NCBI GenBank assembly: GCA_963668025.2
Contig: CAXXTH010000017.1
Coordinates: 96,001-160,000, forward strand
Reading direction: 5' to 3'
Source of the DNA: Candidatus Hydrogenedentota bacterium
Lineage (GTDB): Bacteria; Hydrogenedentota; Hydrogenedentia; Hydrogenedentales; SLHB01
DNA length: 64,000 nucleotides
Below are positions 18,019 to 28,779 of the stretch, piece by piece (the stretch's first letter is position 1; each line of letters begins with the position of its first letter). Both the position numbers and the translations under genes were made by a program. The notes beneath the pieces are model-generated. The model was not told where the DNA came from. It made no database searches and saw only the letters and a program-made list of their open reading frames with translations.

Positions 18019-18876
18019 ATGAACATGCAGTGGATGGGATTAGTGGCTTTTGGCATGGCGGCCACCGCGTGCGCCCAACAGCAAGTCGTTCCTATTTGGC
18101 CGGAAGGCAAAATCCCGCTTAAAACGAGCGATGCCCCCGAGCGGGTGTGTTCGCCAAGCGATAGTTCCGTCGTCATGCTAACGGATGTGAATGCACCTAA
18201 TCTCACGGTGTTTCCGGCAAAAGATACGGGCAAGCCCAATCCAGCCGTCCTGATTTGCCCTGGCGGCGGATATGCGATTCTGGCATGGGATCTCGAAGGC
18301 GTCGAGATAGCGGAATGGCTGAACACACAGGGGATTTCCGCTTTCGTCCTCAAGTACCGTGTTCCGCATAACCGCGACGCGGCGCTCTGCGACGCCCAGC
18401 GGGCCATGGGTGTAATCCGTTTTAAAGCAAAAGAATTCAATATCGACCCTAACCATTTAGGCATTATGGGCTTTTCAGCCGGAGCGCATCTCTCGGTGCG
18501 CACCAGTACGAACTACGATAAGCGCTTCTACGAACCCGTGGATGACGCGGACGCGCAGCCAAGCCGTCCCGATTTCGCGCTCATCATCTACCCAGCCTAC
18601 CTCTATATGGATGGCTTCAAAATGATGCCGGAACTGCCCGTATCCGCCGGTGCGCCGCCGACCTTCCTGGTTCAAACGGAGGACGACGACCTCTATATCG
18701 ACAGCAGCCTGGCTTATTATATTGCGCTGAAGGCGGCTAAAGTGCCTGTGGAAATGCATCTTTTCCCAGAAGGCGGCCATGGATATGGGGTCCGCAAATC
18801 TGGGAAACCTACCGATGCCTGGCCCAAGCTGGGGGAAGCGTGGCTTGCGGCGATTATGAAAGCCAGTGCGAAATAA
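18019..18876 (+). CDS. Secreted alpha/beta hydrolase (BD-FAE/acetyl esterase-like)
   Basis: Signal peptide, CPGGGY, GFSAG nucleophile elbow, GGHGYG. Confidence 0.88.
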   Translation: MNMQWMGLVAFGMAATACAQQQVVPIWPEGKIPLKTSDAPERVCSPSDSSVVMLTDVNAPNLTVFPAKDTGKPNPAVLICPGGGYAILAWDLEGVEIAEWLNTQGISAFVLKYRVPHNRDAALCDAQRAMGVIRFKAKEFNIDPNHLGIMGFSAGAHLSVRTSTNYDKRFYEPVDDADAQPSRPDFALIIYPAYLYMDGFKMMPELPVSAGAPPTFLVQTEDDDLYIDSSLAYYIALKAAKVPVEMHLFPEGGHGYGVRKSGKPTDAWPKLGEAWLAAIMKASAK

Positions 18877-18995
18877 ATTTTCCTAGAGTCCGGCTCTGCC
18901 CGCTGTTTGCCAATCGCGGCGAGCAGAGCGCCGGAATAATGAGGCTTATATGAGCTACGGTGGCTGTGGCTTGATTTAGAGGGAGGCCAGGTGCA

Positions 18996-20480
18996 ATGCG
19001 CTATTGTTTTAAAGCAAGATCCGTGCTCGTGGGGATTTCTCTAGTGGCTGGCTTGGCGGCGGGCGCCATGGGTGTTTCCCATGCCGAATCAACTCCCGCG
19101 CCTGCCGTAACAGATGAAGGCAAAAACGCCATGGCGCAGCTTTATCATGAGGCGCTTCGTCCGCAATTCCATTTCACGGCCGCCAAGAACTGGCTGAACG
19201 ATCCCAATGGGCTTGTATATTACAAAGGCGAATATCATCTCTTCTTCCAGCACAATCCCTCTGGCATCGACTGGGGCAACATGACGTGGGGCCACGCGAT
19301 TAGCACGGACCTGTTGCACTGGAAACAATTGCCCAACGCCATCGAACCGGACCAGATGGGGACGATTTATTCCGGCTCAGCGGTTGTGGATGAAAATAAT
19401 ACGGCGGGATTCCAGAAGGGGGATGAAAAAACGCTCGTGGCGATCTATACCGCCGCAGGCCTTCCTTCCGATATCTCGAAAGAACCTTTTGTCCAGTGCA
19501 TCGCCACCAGCAACGACAGGGGGCGCACCTGGGCCAAATATGAAGGAAATCCCGTCCTCCCATTCATTGTTGACGCCAACCGTGATCCCAAGGTGGTTTG
19601 GCACGAACCCACCAAAAAATGGGTAATGGCCCTATTTTTGGACGGGTGCCGGTATGGTTTTTTTTCGTCACCAGACCTAAAGCAATGGACCTTGTTGCAT
19701 GATATGAATGTTCCCGAGTGCGGCGAATGCCCCGATTTCTTCGAGATACCCCTCGCTGGCGCGAATGGCGAAAAGAAATGGGTCTTCACTGCGGCGAATG
19801 GCCGTTATCTGGTAGGGTCATTCGACGGCCAGCGCTTCACCAGTGAAACGCCCGTGCTTCAGGTGGAATATGGCGCTAACTGTTACGCCGTGCAGACCTA
19901 CAGCGATATCCCCGAGTCCGATGGCCGGCGGATTCAAATCGGCTGGATGCGGGACGGGAAATACCCAGGCATGCCATTCAACCAGCAGATGAGCTTTCCT
20001 TGCGAGCTCAAGCTCCTCGATACGCCCCAGGGGATGCGCCTCACGAAGACTCCCGTGCGTGAAATTGAATTGCTGCACAAAGAAGGGCGGGAATGGAACG
20101 AGCTGGCGCTTCAGCCGGGCGAGAATCCCTTGGCGGGTTTGGAAGGCGAACTCTGGGATATTCGGATGGAAATCGAACCAGGAGAGGCGACTGAAGCCGG
20201 AATCAAGATACGCGGCCAGGCGGCCAGCTATCATGTGAAAGAGAAAACGCTCACTTGCCAGGGCTCCTCAGCCCCGCTCGAGCTTTCGGAAGGCCGGATT
20301 CAATTACAGATATTGGTGGACAGGGCTTCCATCGAGGTATTCGCAAAAGGCGGCCAAGCGGCGTTGTCTTCTTGCTTCCTGCCGCCCGCCGATGATCAGC
20401 GCTTGGAGCTATACGCCGTCGGGGCCCCCGTGCGCGTGATCTCACTCGAAGCCTATCCGCTGCATTCTGTTTGGCCGTAA
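18996..20480 (+). CDS. Secreted GH32 levanase/beta-fructosidase
   Basis: Catalytic motifs WLNDPNG, WGHA, YSGS, RDPKV and ECPD; signal peptide. Confidence 0.93.
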   Translation: MRYCFKARSVLVGISLVAGLAAGAMGVSHAESTPAPAVTDEGKNAMAQLYHEALRPQFHFTAAKNWLNDPNGLVYYKGEYHLFFQHNPSGIDWGNMTWGHAISTDLLHWKQLPNAIEPDQMGTIYSGSAVVDENNTAGFQKGDEKTLVAIYTAAGLPSDISKEPFVQCIATSNDRGRTWAKYEGNPVLPFIVDANRDPKVVWHEPTKKWVMALFLDGCRYGFFSSPDLKQWTLLHDMNVPECGECPDFFEIPLAGANGEKKWVFTAANGRYLVGSFDGQRFTSETPVLQVEYGANCYAVQTYSDIPESDGRRIQIGWMRDGKYPGMPFNQQMSFPCELKLLDTPQGMRLTKTPVREIELLHKEGREWNELALQPGENPLAGLEGELWDIRMEIEPGEATEAGIKIRGQAASYHVKEKTLTCQGSSAPLELSEGRIQLQILVDRASIEVFAKGGQAALSSCFLPPADDQRLELYAVGAPVRVISLEAYPLHSVWP

Positions 20481-20514
20481 GACAGAGCCCAATTCACCAA
20501 GCACGCACTACGAA

Positions 20515-20541
20515 AAACGGCGGGGGGAAGCCCCGCCGTTT
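20515..20541. terminator. Probable bidirectional intrinsic terminator
   Basis: AAACGGCGGGG-ggaag-CCCCGCCGTTT between the convergent GH32 and LacI genes. Confidence 0.72.
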
Positions 20542-20571
20542 AGCTGATTCTACCGCATATTACCGGCATTT

Positions 20572-21657
20572 TTACTGTGTAGCCGCCAAACTGGCCATGG
20601 GTATGATGTCGTCGTATACGCCAGGTACGCCTCCACATGACTCACGCACGACCAGCTTTGGCTTGAAGAGTTCATGGTAAGGCTTGGCTCCATGCCCGGC
20701 AGGAATCACTTTTTCCAGTAATAAGCGCGTACCGGTGGCGGCGATGTCAAAATCATTGTGGTGAAACGTCGTGAGTTGAGGTTGCACTAAAGACGCAATA
20801 GCGGAATCGTCGTACCCAACAATCGACAGATCGCGTGGGACATGGTATCCTAACTCGTGCGCCGCCCGAATCGCGCCTACCGCCACCACATCGTTATACG
20901 CCCAAATGCTGTCAGGCCGGTCTTTCAACGCCAGTATGCGCGATGCGGCTTCGTATCCGCCTTCTATGGTGGGCTGTGTATGGACGATCCATTCATCCCG
21001 GATCGACAGCTTTTCAAGCCCTAATTCAGTGCGATACCCGCGTTCACGGGCCACGGCGGGTTCGTAATTATCCGTGCTGGCCAAAAAGGCGATGTGCCGC
21101 CGTCCGAGCTGCACCAAATGGCGCACGGCAATGGCCCCCGCGGCCGCCTGATCACCATCCACATAGTTGCAATCTGGGAATCCCGAACTGCCGATAATAA
21201 CAAAGGGGATGCCCCATTCATTCAACAAAGAAATCGTCTGATCATCATTTCGTGGAGCAACCAGCAGGACTCCCGCCAAGGGGACGCCAAACAACAAATC
21301 CACCTGGCTATCACTGGCGAGCGGATCTTGCACATTTAAAAATACGTGGTATCCACGGTCCCGGGTGATGGATTTAATGCCATCTATGACGCGCGCCGCG
21401 CTCTGTGAGAAGTTCGGATCTACGCTCAGCGGCGCGCCTACATGCACGCCAAGGACATTCGACTTGCCGGACAATCCCTTGCCAAAGGCGTTGAGTTTAT
21501 AACTCTTGCGCTTGACGACCTCTTCCACCCGTTTGCGGGTTTCTTCTTTTACCGGGTATCCGTCGTTGTTTATCACTCGGGAGACGGTCGCGGAGGAGAC
21601 GCCTGCTTCGCGCGCGATCTCGATAATGGTGGGCCGTTTTCTCGGCTTTGTAGGCAT
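20572..21657 (-). CDS. LacI family transcriptional regulator
   Basis: HTH PTIIEIAREAGVSSATVSRVIN and periplasmic-binding-fold C-terminus (VPRDLSIVGYDD); start placed at the ATG after GAGGT. Confidence 0.93.
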   Translation of the reverse strand: MPTKPRKRPTIIEIAREAGVSSATVSRVINNDGYPVKEETRKRVEEVVKRKSYKLNAFGKGLSGKSNVLGVHVGAPLSVDPNFSQSAARVIDGIKSITRDRGYHVFLNVQDPLASDSQVDLLFGVPLAGVLLVAPRNDDQTISLLNEWGIPFVIIGSSGFPDCNYVDGDQAAAGAIAVRHLVQLGRRHIAFLASTDNYEPAVARERGYRTELGLEKLSIRDEWIVHTQPTIEGGYEAASRILALKDRPDSIWAYNDVVAVGAIRAAHELGYHVPRDLSIVGYDDSAIASLVQPQLTTFHHNDFDIAATGTRLLLEKVIPAGHGAKPYHELFKPKLVVRESCGGVPGVYDDIIPMASLAATQ

Positions 21658-21787
21658 TTCAACTACCTCAATTCGCGGGAATACCTCATTGCGTTCCCCT
21701 ATTATATGGTATGCGGCCTTTCGGAATGCAATTGGAACCGGAGGCCGATTTTTTCTTCTATTGGCTCCATGATAGTATACCGCAAAC

Positions 21788-21801
21788 AGTAACCGTTTTC
21801 T
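21788..21801. promoter_or_regulatory. LacI-type operator (possible autoregulation)
   Basis: AGTAACCGTTTTCT fits GnAAnCGnTTnC, upstream of the LacI gene. Confidence 0.45.
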
Positions 21802-21892
21802 AGTAAATCTTTTCTTACCACGCTTCCACATAGGCAAAAAAATCGCCAAGCATACTGCGCTTGGCGATTTCTCTCTCAGGAACAGCCGTTTT

Positions 21893-23218
<1,326 letters not shown>

Positions 23219-23250
23219 TCAAACGTCCTGGTTTCTGCTTCCCGCTTCAC

Positions 23251-24177
23251 TCATACGTCAAACAGCGGCGTCGAGAGATACCGTTCACCGGAATCAGGCA
23301 GAATCACCACGATGGTTTTGCCCTCATATTCATCACGGGCCGCCAAACGCAGCGCCACCGCCGCCGCCGCACCGCAGCTAATCCCCGAAATAAGCCCCTC
23401 TTCCCGAGCCAAGCGCCGGGAAGTATCGAAAGCTTCTTCGTTGCTCGCTTGCTCGATTTTGTCGATCAAGGTCAAATCCAACACATCCGGCTTGAAGCCT
23501 GCTCCAATGCCTTGGATCTTATGGGGGCCCGGCTTTCCACCCGAAAGGACTGGGGAAGCCGCGGGCTCCACCGCCACGGACTCGATAGCCTTGCCTTTTT
23601 CCTTTTTTAGGTATCGAGTAATGCCCGTGATCGTGCCTCCGGTTCCCACCCCGGCAACCACTACATCCACCGTTCCGTCTGTGTCATTCCAGATTTCCGG
23701 GCCGGTCGTTTTAAAATGGATTTCCGGATTCGCCGGATTTTTAAACTGTTGCGGGATAAAATACTCCGGATGTTCCTCCGCGATAGCTTCCGCTTCCCGG
23801 ATAGCGCCAGGCATGCCTTTGTCGCCCGGCGTCAAGATTAATTCCGCTCCAAAGGCCTTTAACATCAAGCGCCGTTCGATGCTCATTGTCTCTGGCATGG
23901 TCAGCTTGAGCTTATATCCACGCGAAGCGGCTACATACGCCAATGCGATTCCCGTATTGCCCGATGTCGGCTCGATAATCGTGCCCCCGGGTTTCAATAC
24001 GCCCCGCTGCTCCGCGTCCCAGACCATAGCGGCTCCAATGCGGCATTTCACCGAATAGGCGGGATTTCGCCCTTCAATTTTGGCGAGCACTTTGGCCTTC
24101 AAGCCTTTACCGAGCTTGCTCAATTGAACGAGCGGCGTGTTTCCAATGCTTTTGCTTGCGTCTTCATAAATCTTCAT
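23251..24177 (-). CDS. cysK: Cysteine synthase A
   Basis: [45 protein letters not shown]. Confidence 0.96.
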   Translation of the reverse strand: MKIYEDASKSIGNTPLVQLSKLGKGLKAKVLAKIEGRNPAYSVKCRIGAAMVWDAEQRGVLKPGGTIIEPTSGNTGIALAYVAASRGYKLKLTMPETMSIERRLMLKAFGAELILTPGDKGMPGAIREAEAIAEEHPEYFIPQQFKNPANPEIHFKTTGPEIWNDTDGTVDVVVAGVGTGGTITGITRYLKKEKGKAIESVAVEPAASPVLSGGKPGPHKIQGIGAGFKPDVLDLTLIDKIEQASNEEAFDTSRRLAREEGLISGISCGAAAAVALRLAARDEYEGKTIVVILPDSGERYLSTPLFDV

Positions 24178-24342
24178 GTTAACAACCTCCCGCTATGCGC
24201 GTACGCCGAGCAACTGTTTTACAGCGAGGCTTAGGATAACCCAAATCCAAGCCATGGATTTTCCTTGCTCGAACACCCATCCTAGCACCCTCACGCACCC
24301 AGTTCAATTTGAGAAACCAGGAAACTTATGCGTTCCGGGTGT

Positions 24343-24382
24343 AATCCTGACTAATTCTACCGATTTTGTAACAATAATGCAA
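24343..24382 (-). promoter_or_regulatory. Sigma70 promoter of cysK-metY overlapped by an Rrf2 (IscR/CymR)-like box
   Basis: Minus strand TTGCAT-17 bp-TAGAAT. AATCCTGACTAATTCTACCGATTTT (24343-24367) resembles IscR type-1 sites. Confidence 0.5.
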
Positions 24383-24670
24383 GCCCCTTTTATTCTTCAT
24401 TAGAGCCATGTCTTTATGCCTATCTATCTACAGGGCCTCATTGTCTTTAGAAAGATATTTTCCTTTTGGATGCTCTTGGACCACGTGTGTATACCGGCCA
24501 ATGGCGTTTGTTGTCTTATAAGGAAACAGATATACTTCACCAATTTACTTGTCTTTAGGGTATCGATTGCCGGAGGGGTAATTTTTACACACTGAACGTG
24601 TGGCTGATTCAGCAAATTACATGATGCTTTTCGGAATGAGGAGCGCACTTCGTGATGGATCGGTGAATCG

Positions 24671-24684
24671 TACAAGCGTTTCCA
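24671..24684. promoter_or_regulatory. LacI-type operator upstream of the sugar ABC genes
   Basis: Minus strand TGGAAACGCTTGTA versus TGnAAnCGnTTnCA. Confidence 0.35.
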
Positions 24685-24876
24685 ACATTGAAGCAAGCGT
24701 GTGGTGATTATGTTATGTATGCTGGCAAATGGAGCTTTTATAGATTCTCTTTTTCTCGCATCTCCGGTAGTATGCAAAAACTGGTATGAAGTAGGATAGG
24801 CAAACATGAGGAAGCAATAGATAAGATCTTTTCAAGAGATTCATATACGAAACCAAAATGGAGGATTATAGATAAT

Positions 24877-25911
24877 ATGAGCGTATCCCGTTCACATCAG
24901 GTGGCCTCGTTATTCGCATTACCTTTCACGCGCGCATTGCTGGCGTTGCTGGCCATTGCGTTGCTGGGGGTGTTATTTCCTGGCGGCGGCATGTTTGATG
25001 AGCACGGCGGCTTCAACTCCAGTGCGGCCTTCTATAAATGGAGCACTCACCGTGATATGCTCCGCCAGACTTCCGTATATGGCATTCTCGCGTGCGGCAT
25101 GACCATGGTGATCATTTCCGGCGGCATCGACTTGGCGGTGGGCAGCATCCTTGGCCTGAATGCCGTTGTATTCGCTATTCTCTCGATTCATTGGGGATGG
25201 CCAGCCTGGCAAGTTATCCCCATATGCCTTCTGTTGGGAAGCGCATGCGGGCTCACGTCCGGTTTTTTTGTGTCGCGCTTCGCCATTCAGCCCTTTATCG
25301 CCACCCTGGCCATGATGGTTTTTGCACGCGGCCTGGCAAAATATGTATCCGGCGGCATGAAGATCTCGCAATATGTCCAGCGCCCGGAGAGCGGGTTTGT
25401 AGAAGTTCCGCTGCCTGCGATCTTCCGCCATATTGACAGCCGCATTCTGGGCGGCAACATCTCGGTGGTCACGCTCATTTTCATTGCCGGATTGGTATTG
25501 GCGGGCATCCTGTTATCCCACACGAAAGTGGGCCGCCATCTATACGCCGTGGGAGGCAATGAAGACGCCGCCCGGCTTTCCGGCGTGCCGGTGGGCCGAA
25601 TCAAGGCGATGGCGTACGCGCTCAGCGGATTCTGCTGCGCCGTGGCGGGCATCTGCCAGGCGGCGCAAGAAACCCAAGGCGATCCGGAAGCAGGTTCGAG
25701 CTACGAGCTTACGGCGATCGCCATGGTGGTGATTGGCGGCACGAGCCTGATGGGCGGGCGCGGCGGCATCCTGCTCACGCTGCTCGGCGCATTGGCTATC
25801 GGGTATCTCGACAAAATACTGAGCATCAACGCCATGAGCGAGGCGAGCCGCCTCATGCTTACGGGGGCTATCATCATCAGTGCGGTGCTGTTCCAGCGCT
25901 CGAAGAAATAA
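24877..25911 (+). CDS. Sugar ABC transporter permease (RbsC-like)
   Basis: GGIDLAVG, PFIATL, YAVGGNEDAARLSG, YELTAIAMVVIGGTSL. Confidence 0.92.
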   Translation: MSVSRSHQVASLFALPFTRALLALLAIALLGVLFPGGGMFDEHGGFNSSAAFYKWSTHRDMLRQTSVYGILACGMTMVIISGGIDLAVGSILGLNAVVFAILSIHWGWPAWQVIPICLLLGSACGLTSGFFVSRFAIQPFIATLAMMVFARGLAKYVSGGMKISQYVQRPESGFVEVPLPAIFRHIDSRILGGNISVVTLIFIAGLVLAGILLSHTKVGRHLYAVGGNEDAARLSGVPVGRIKAMAYALSGFCCAVAGICQAAQETQGDPEAGSSYELTAIAMVVIGGTSLMGGRGGILLTLLGALAIGYLDKILSINAMSEASRLMLTGAIIISAVLFQRSKK

Positions 25912-25940
25912 GTGGCATAGAACGAAGGGGAGATGTAATC

Positions 25941-26963
25941 ATGTACATCCGGATGGGCTTAGTTTGTTCGCTGCTGTTTGTTGTGTCTTGTTCGCAACCG
26001 AACTCCGCCCCGACTTCGGCGGCGGATAAGGCGTCTTCCGCGCCTTCCGCGCCGGTGGATGCAAAAGCGCCTCAAAATCGCATCTGGCGGATAGGAATGA
26101 GCCAGTGCAACCTGGGGGAGCCTTGGCGTGTGCAGATGAATGACGATATACGCGTGGCGGCGGCAAAATATCCAGATATTCAAGTAACGTATAAAGACGC
26201 CCAGAATGATACGTTGCGGCAGCGCTCCCATATCGAGGAATTCCTCAGTGAAGGCATTGACCTATTAATCGTTAGCCCGAAAGAGGCGGCTCCGCTCACC
26301 AAACCGATTGAGGCCGTATACCAAGCGGGCATCCCCGTCATCGTGCTCGACCGCCGAATCATGGGCGATCAATACACCACCTTCATCGGCGGGGATAATA
26401 AAAAGATTGGAAAAGCCGCAGGCGAATGGATCGCACAACGCCTGGGCGGCACGGGGAATATCGTTGAACTAGAAGGACTGATGACCAGCACTCCGGGCCA
26501 GGACCGGCACACGGGCTTTCGTGAAGGCATTGCGAACACCGGTTTGAATGTCATTTTCGAAGTGGATACGCAATGGTTTGAACCCAATGCGCGCAAGGAG
26601 ATGGAGTCCGCCCTCGCCCGGTTCAGTGACATTAAATTGGTATACGCCCACAATGATCCCGCGGCTCACGGCGCTTACCTCGCCGCGGAAGCGGCTGGCC
26701 GCGCAAAAGATATCATTTTCGTAGGCATCGACGCGCTCCCCCAAGAAGGGCAAGCCTATGTGAAACAAGGCATCTTGCAGGCCTGTTTCGAATATCCCAC
26801 CGGCGGAAATGACGCCATTGAATCCGCGCGCAAGATTTTACGAGGAGAAAAGATTCCCAAGGAGATCACCTTGCGCTCCCGTATTTTCACGACGGAGAAC
26901 ATAGAAAAAGGCGGCCAGTGGCTGGATGAATTACCGGTTTCCACGACTGCACAACCGTCGTGA
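25941..26963 (+). CDS. Sugar ABC substrate-binding lipoprotein (RbsB-like)
   Basis: Lipobox-like VVSC, GIPVIVLDR, AHND, VGID. Confidence 0.92.
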   Translation: MYIRMGLVCSLLFVVSCSQPNSAPTSAADKASSAPSAPVDAKAPQNRIWRIGMSQCNLGEPWRVQMNDDIRVAAAKYPDIQVTYKDAQNDTLRQRSHIEEFLSEGIDLLIVSPKEAAPLTKPIEAVYQAGIPVIVLDRRIMGDQYTTFIGGDNKKIGKAAGEWIAQRLGGTGNIVELEGLMTSTPGQDRHTGFREGIANTGLNVIFEVDTQWFEPNARKEMESALARFSDIKLVYAHNDPAAHGAYLAAEAAGRAKDIIFVGIDALPQEGQAYVKQGILQACFEYPTGGNDAIESARKILRGEKIPKEITLRSRIFTTENIEKGGQWLDELPVSTTAQPS

Positions 26964-27356
26964 GAACACAGCAATCGGTTCTGGCATGTTGGGCCCGCCG
27001 GGGCGTTTGGTATATAAAAATACACCCGGCGAACACGGCGGGCGCAACATGCCTCCCATACCGCATCAAACGCCTGACGAGCTCGATTCCGGTTTCGTAG
27101 ACTAATTCCGTCCTCATCCTCTGGAGGCATTTGCGAAATAAAGAAAATCCGTATTGACAAGGGTTTACAAAGCGGCGGAATTGGCGCCTACCCCGGAGAA
27201 TGCGGGGAAAGGGGCTTGGCGGGGGCATGAATAAGGATTTTTTGTGAAAAATCACCCCAAATGCCCTCGGCGAGCGGGAAAAGGCGTAACGTCTCCCGTG
27301 TGTGATTGTAGTATAGTTGACCACATAACCACGCACACACCAAGGAGACGTTTGCG

Positions 27357-28739
27357 ATGGCCATTATACACCAAATGGGGTTGTTCTCGTGGAACCAGGT
27401 CGACGCGGCGTCGGATCTGGATCGGCTGAACCTGTTGCTGGCGGCGCTGCCGGATGAAGATTTGATGCGGGCGATGGAAGCCGAACGCAAGGGGCGGCGC
27501 GACGATTATCCTATCCGCGCGATGTGGAACAGCATACTGGCGGGGATCGTCTTCCAGCACGACGGCGTCGAAAGCCTGCGCCGCGAACTAGCCCGAAACG
27601 GGCAATTGCGCCAGTTGTGCGGATTCGACGTGTTGCGGGGCGCCAAGGCGGTCCCGCCCGAATGGGTGTACACGCGGTTCTTCGCCAGATTACTGCGCCA
27701 CTGGAAAGAAGTGGACCGGATGTTCGACGCGCTCATCGTCCGGCTGATGGAACGCTTGCCGGATCTCGGGGTGCGTCTGGCCGTAGACTCGAAAGCCATC
27801 CAAACCCACGCCAAGCCTCCGCGCAAAGACGCGGTCCTGGAAAACGAAGAGCCGGACGGGCGGCGCGACCGCGACGCAGACTGGGGCACGAAAACCTACA
27901 AGGGCGTTCACAAGGACGGCACGCCCTGGGAGAAGGTCAAACGGTGGTTCGGCTACAAGCTGCACCTCATCGTGGACACGAAATACGAATTGCCGCTGGG
28001 CTACGCGGTCACGAAAGCCAGCGCCAACGACTCGCCCTTTCTGCTGCCCCTCGTGGCGGCTCTCGACGCGCGCCACCCCGAACTCGTCCAACGCGCCGAG
28101 TACCTCAGCGCCGACAAGGGCTATGATTCCGAAGCCAACAACAAGGGCCTCTTCGAGGAACATGAAATCCGGCCCATCGTGGACATCCGGGCGACCTGGA
28201 AAGAAGAACCGGAACGGCCCCGCCCTTTATATCCCGAACGGGTAGACACGATCTTCCATACCGAACGAGGTGAAGTCCTCTGCCGGTGTCGTAACGGCGC
28301 CCCAAACGAACGCGACAACTATGATTCCATGGCCTACCAAGGATTCGAGCAAGATCGGGGAACCTTGAAATACCGTTGCCCAGCCAAGGCACGCGGGAGC
28401 GCCTGTACCCAGCAAGACCTCTGCAACCAAGGATGCCAGCCCGAACACGGACGGATTGTCCGCGTGCCCATCGCTATCGACCGGCGCATCTTTACCCCCC
28501 TGCCCCGCAGCGCCAAATCCTGGCGCCGCGAATACAAACACCGCACCGCCATCGAGCGAGTCAACAGCCGACTCGACGGCGCATACGGATTCGAGCGCCA
28601 CTACATCCGCGGTATGAAAAAGATGCGCGCCCGCACCGGATTAGCCCTCCTCGTCATGCTCGGCATGGCCCTGGGATGGCTCGAAGCCGGCCAGGCAGAA
28701 CGCATGCGCTCGCTCCTCGGACAGCCCCGCGCCGCATAG
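27357..28739 (+). CDS. IS1182/IS5-like DDE transposase (intact)
   Basis: AVDSK, DADWG, WFGYKLHL, ADKGYDS, YKHRTAIERVNSRL. Confidence 0.93.
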   Translation: MAIIHQMGLFSWNQVDAASDLDRLNLLLAALPDEDLMRAMEAERKGRRDDYPIRAMWNSILAGIVFQHDGVESLRRELARNGQLRQLCGFDVLRGAKAVPPEWVYTRFFARLLRHWKEVDRMFDALIVRLMERLPDLGVRLAVDSKAIQTHAKPPRKDAVLENEEPDGRRDRDADWGTKTYKGVHKDGTPWEKVKRWFGYKLHLIVDTKYELPLGYAVTKASANDSPFLLPLVAALDARHPELVQRAEYLSADKGYDSEANNKGLFEEHEIRPIVDIRATWKEEPERPRPLYPERVDTIFHTERGEVLCRCRNGAPNERDNYDSMAYQGFEQDRGTLKYRCPAKARGSACTQQDLCNQGCQPEHGRIVRVPIAIDRRIFTPLPRSAKSWRREYKHRTAIERVNSRLDGAYGFERHYIRGMKKMRARTGLALLVMLGMALGWLEAGQAERMRSLLGQPRAA

Positions 28740-28779
28740 ATCACATCGAATCCGCACAAGCAATGATGGCCCGAATCAA

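Noticed and set aside
24424-24807. 127-aa minus-strand ORF in the AT-rich cysK/ABC intergenic region
   Set aside because: No recognisable family or RBS; it sits in a divergent promoter region.
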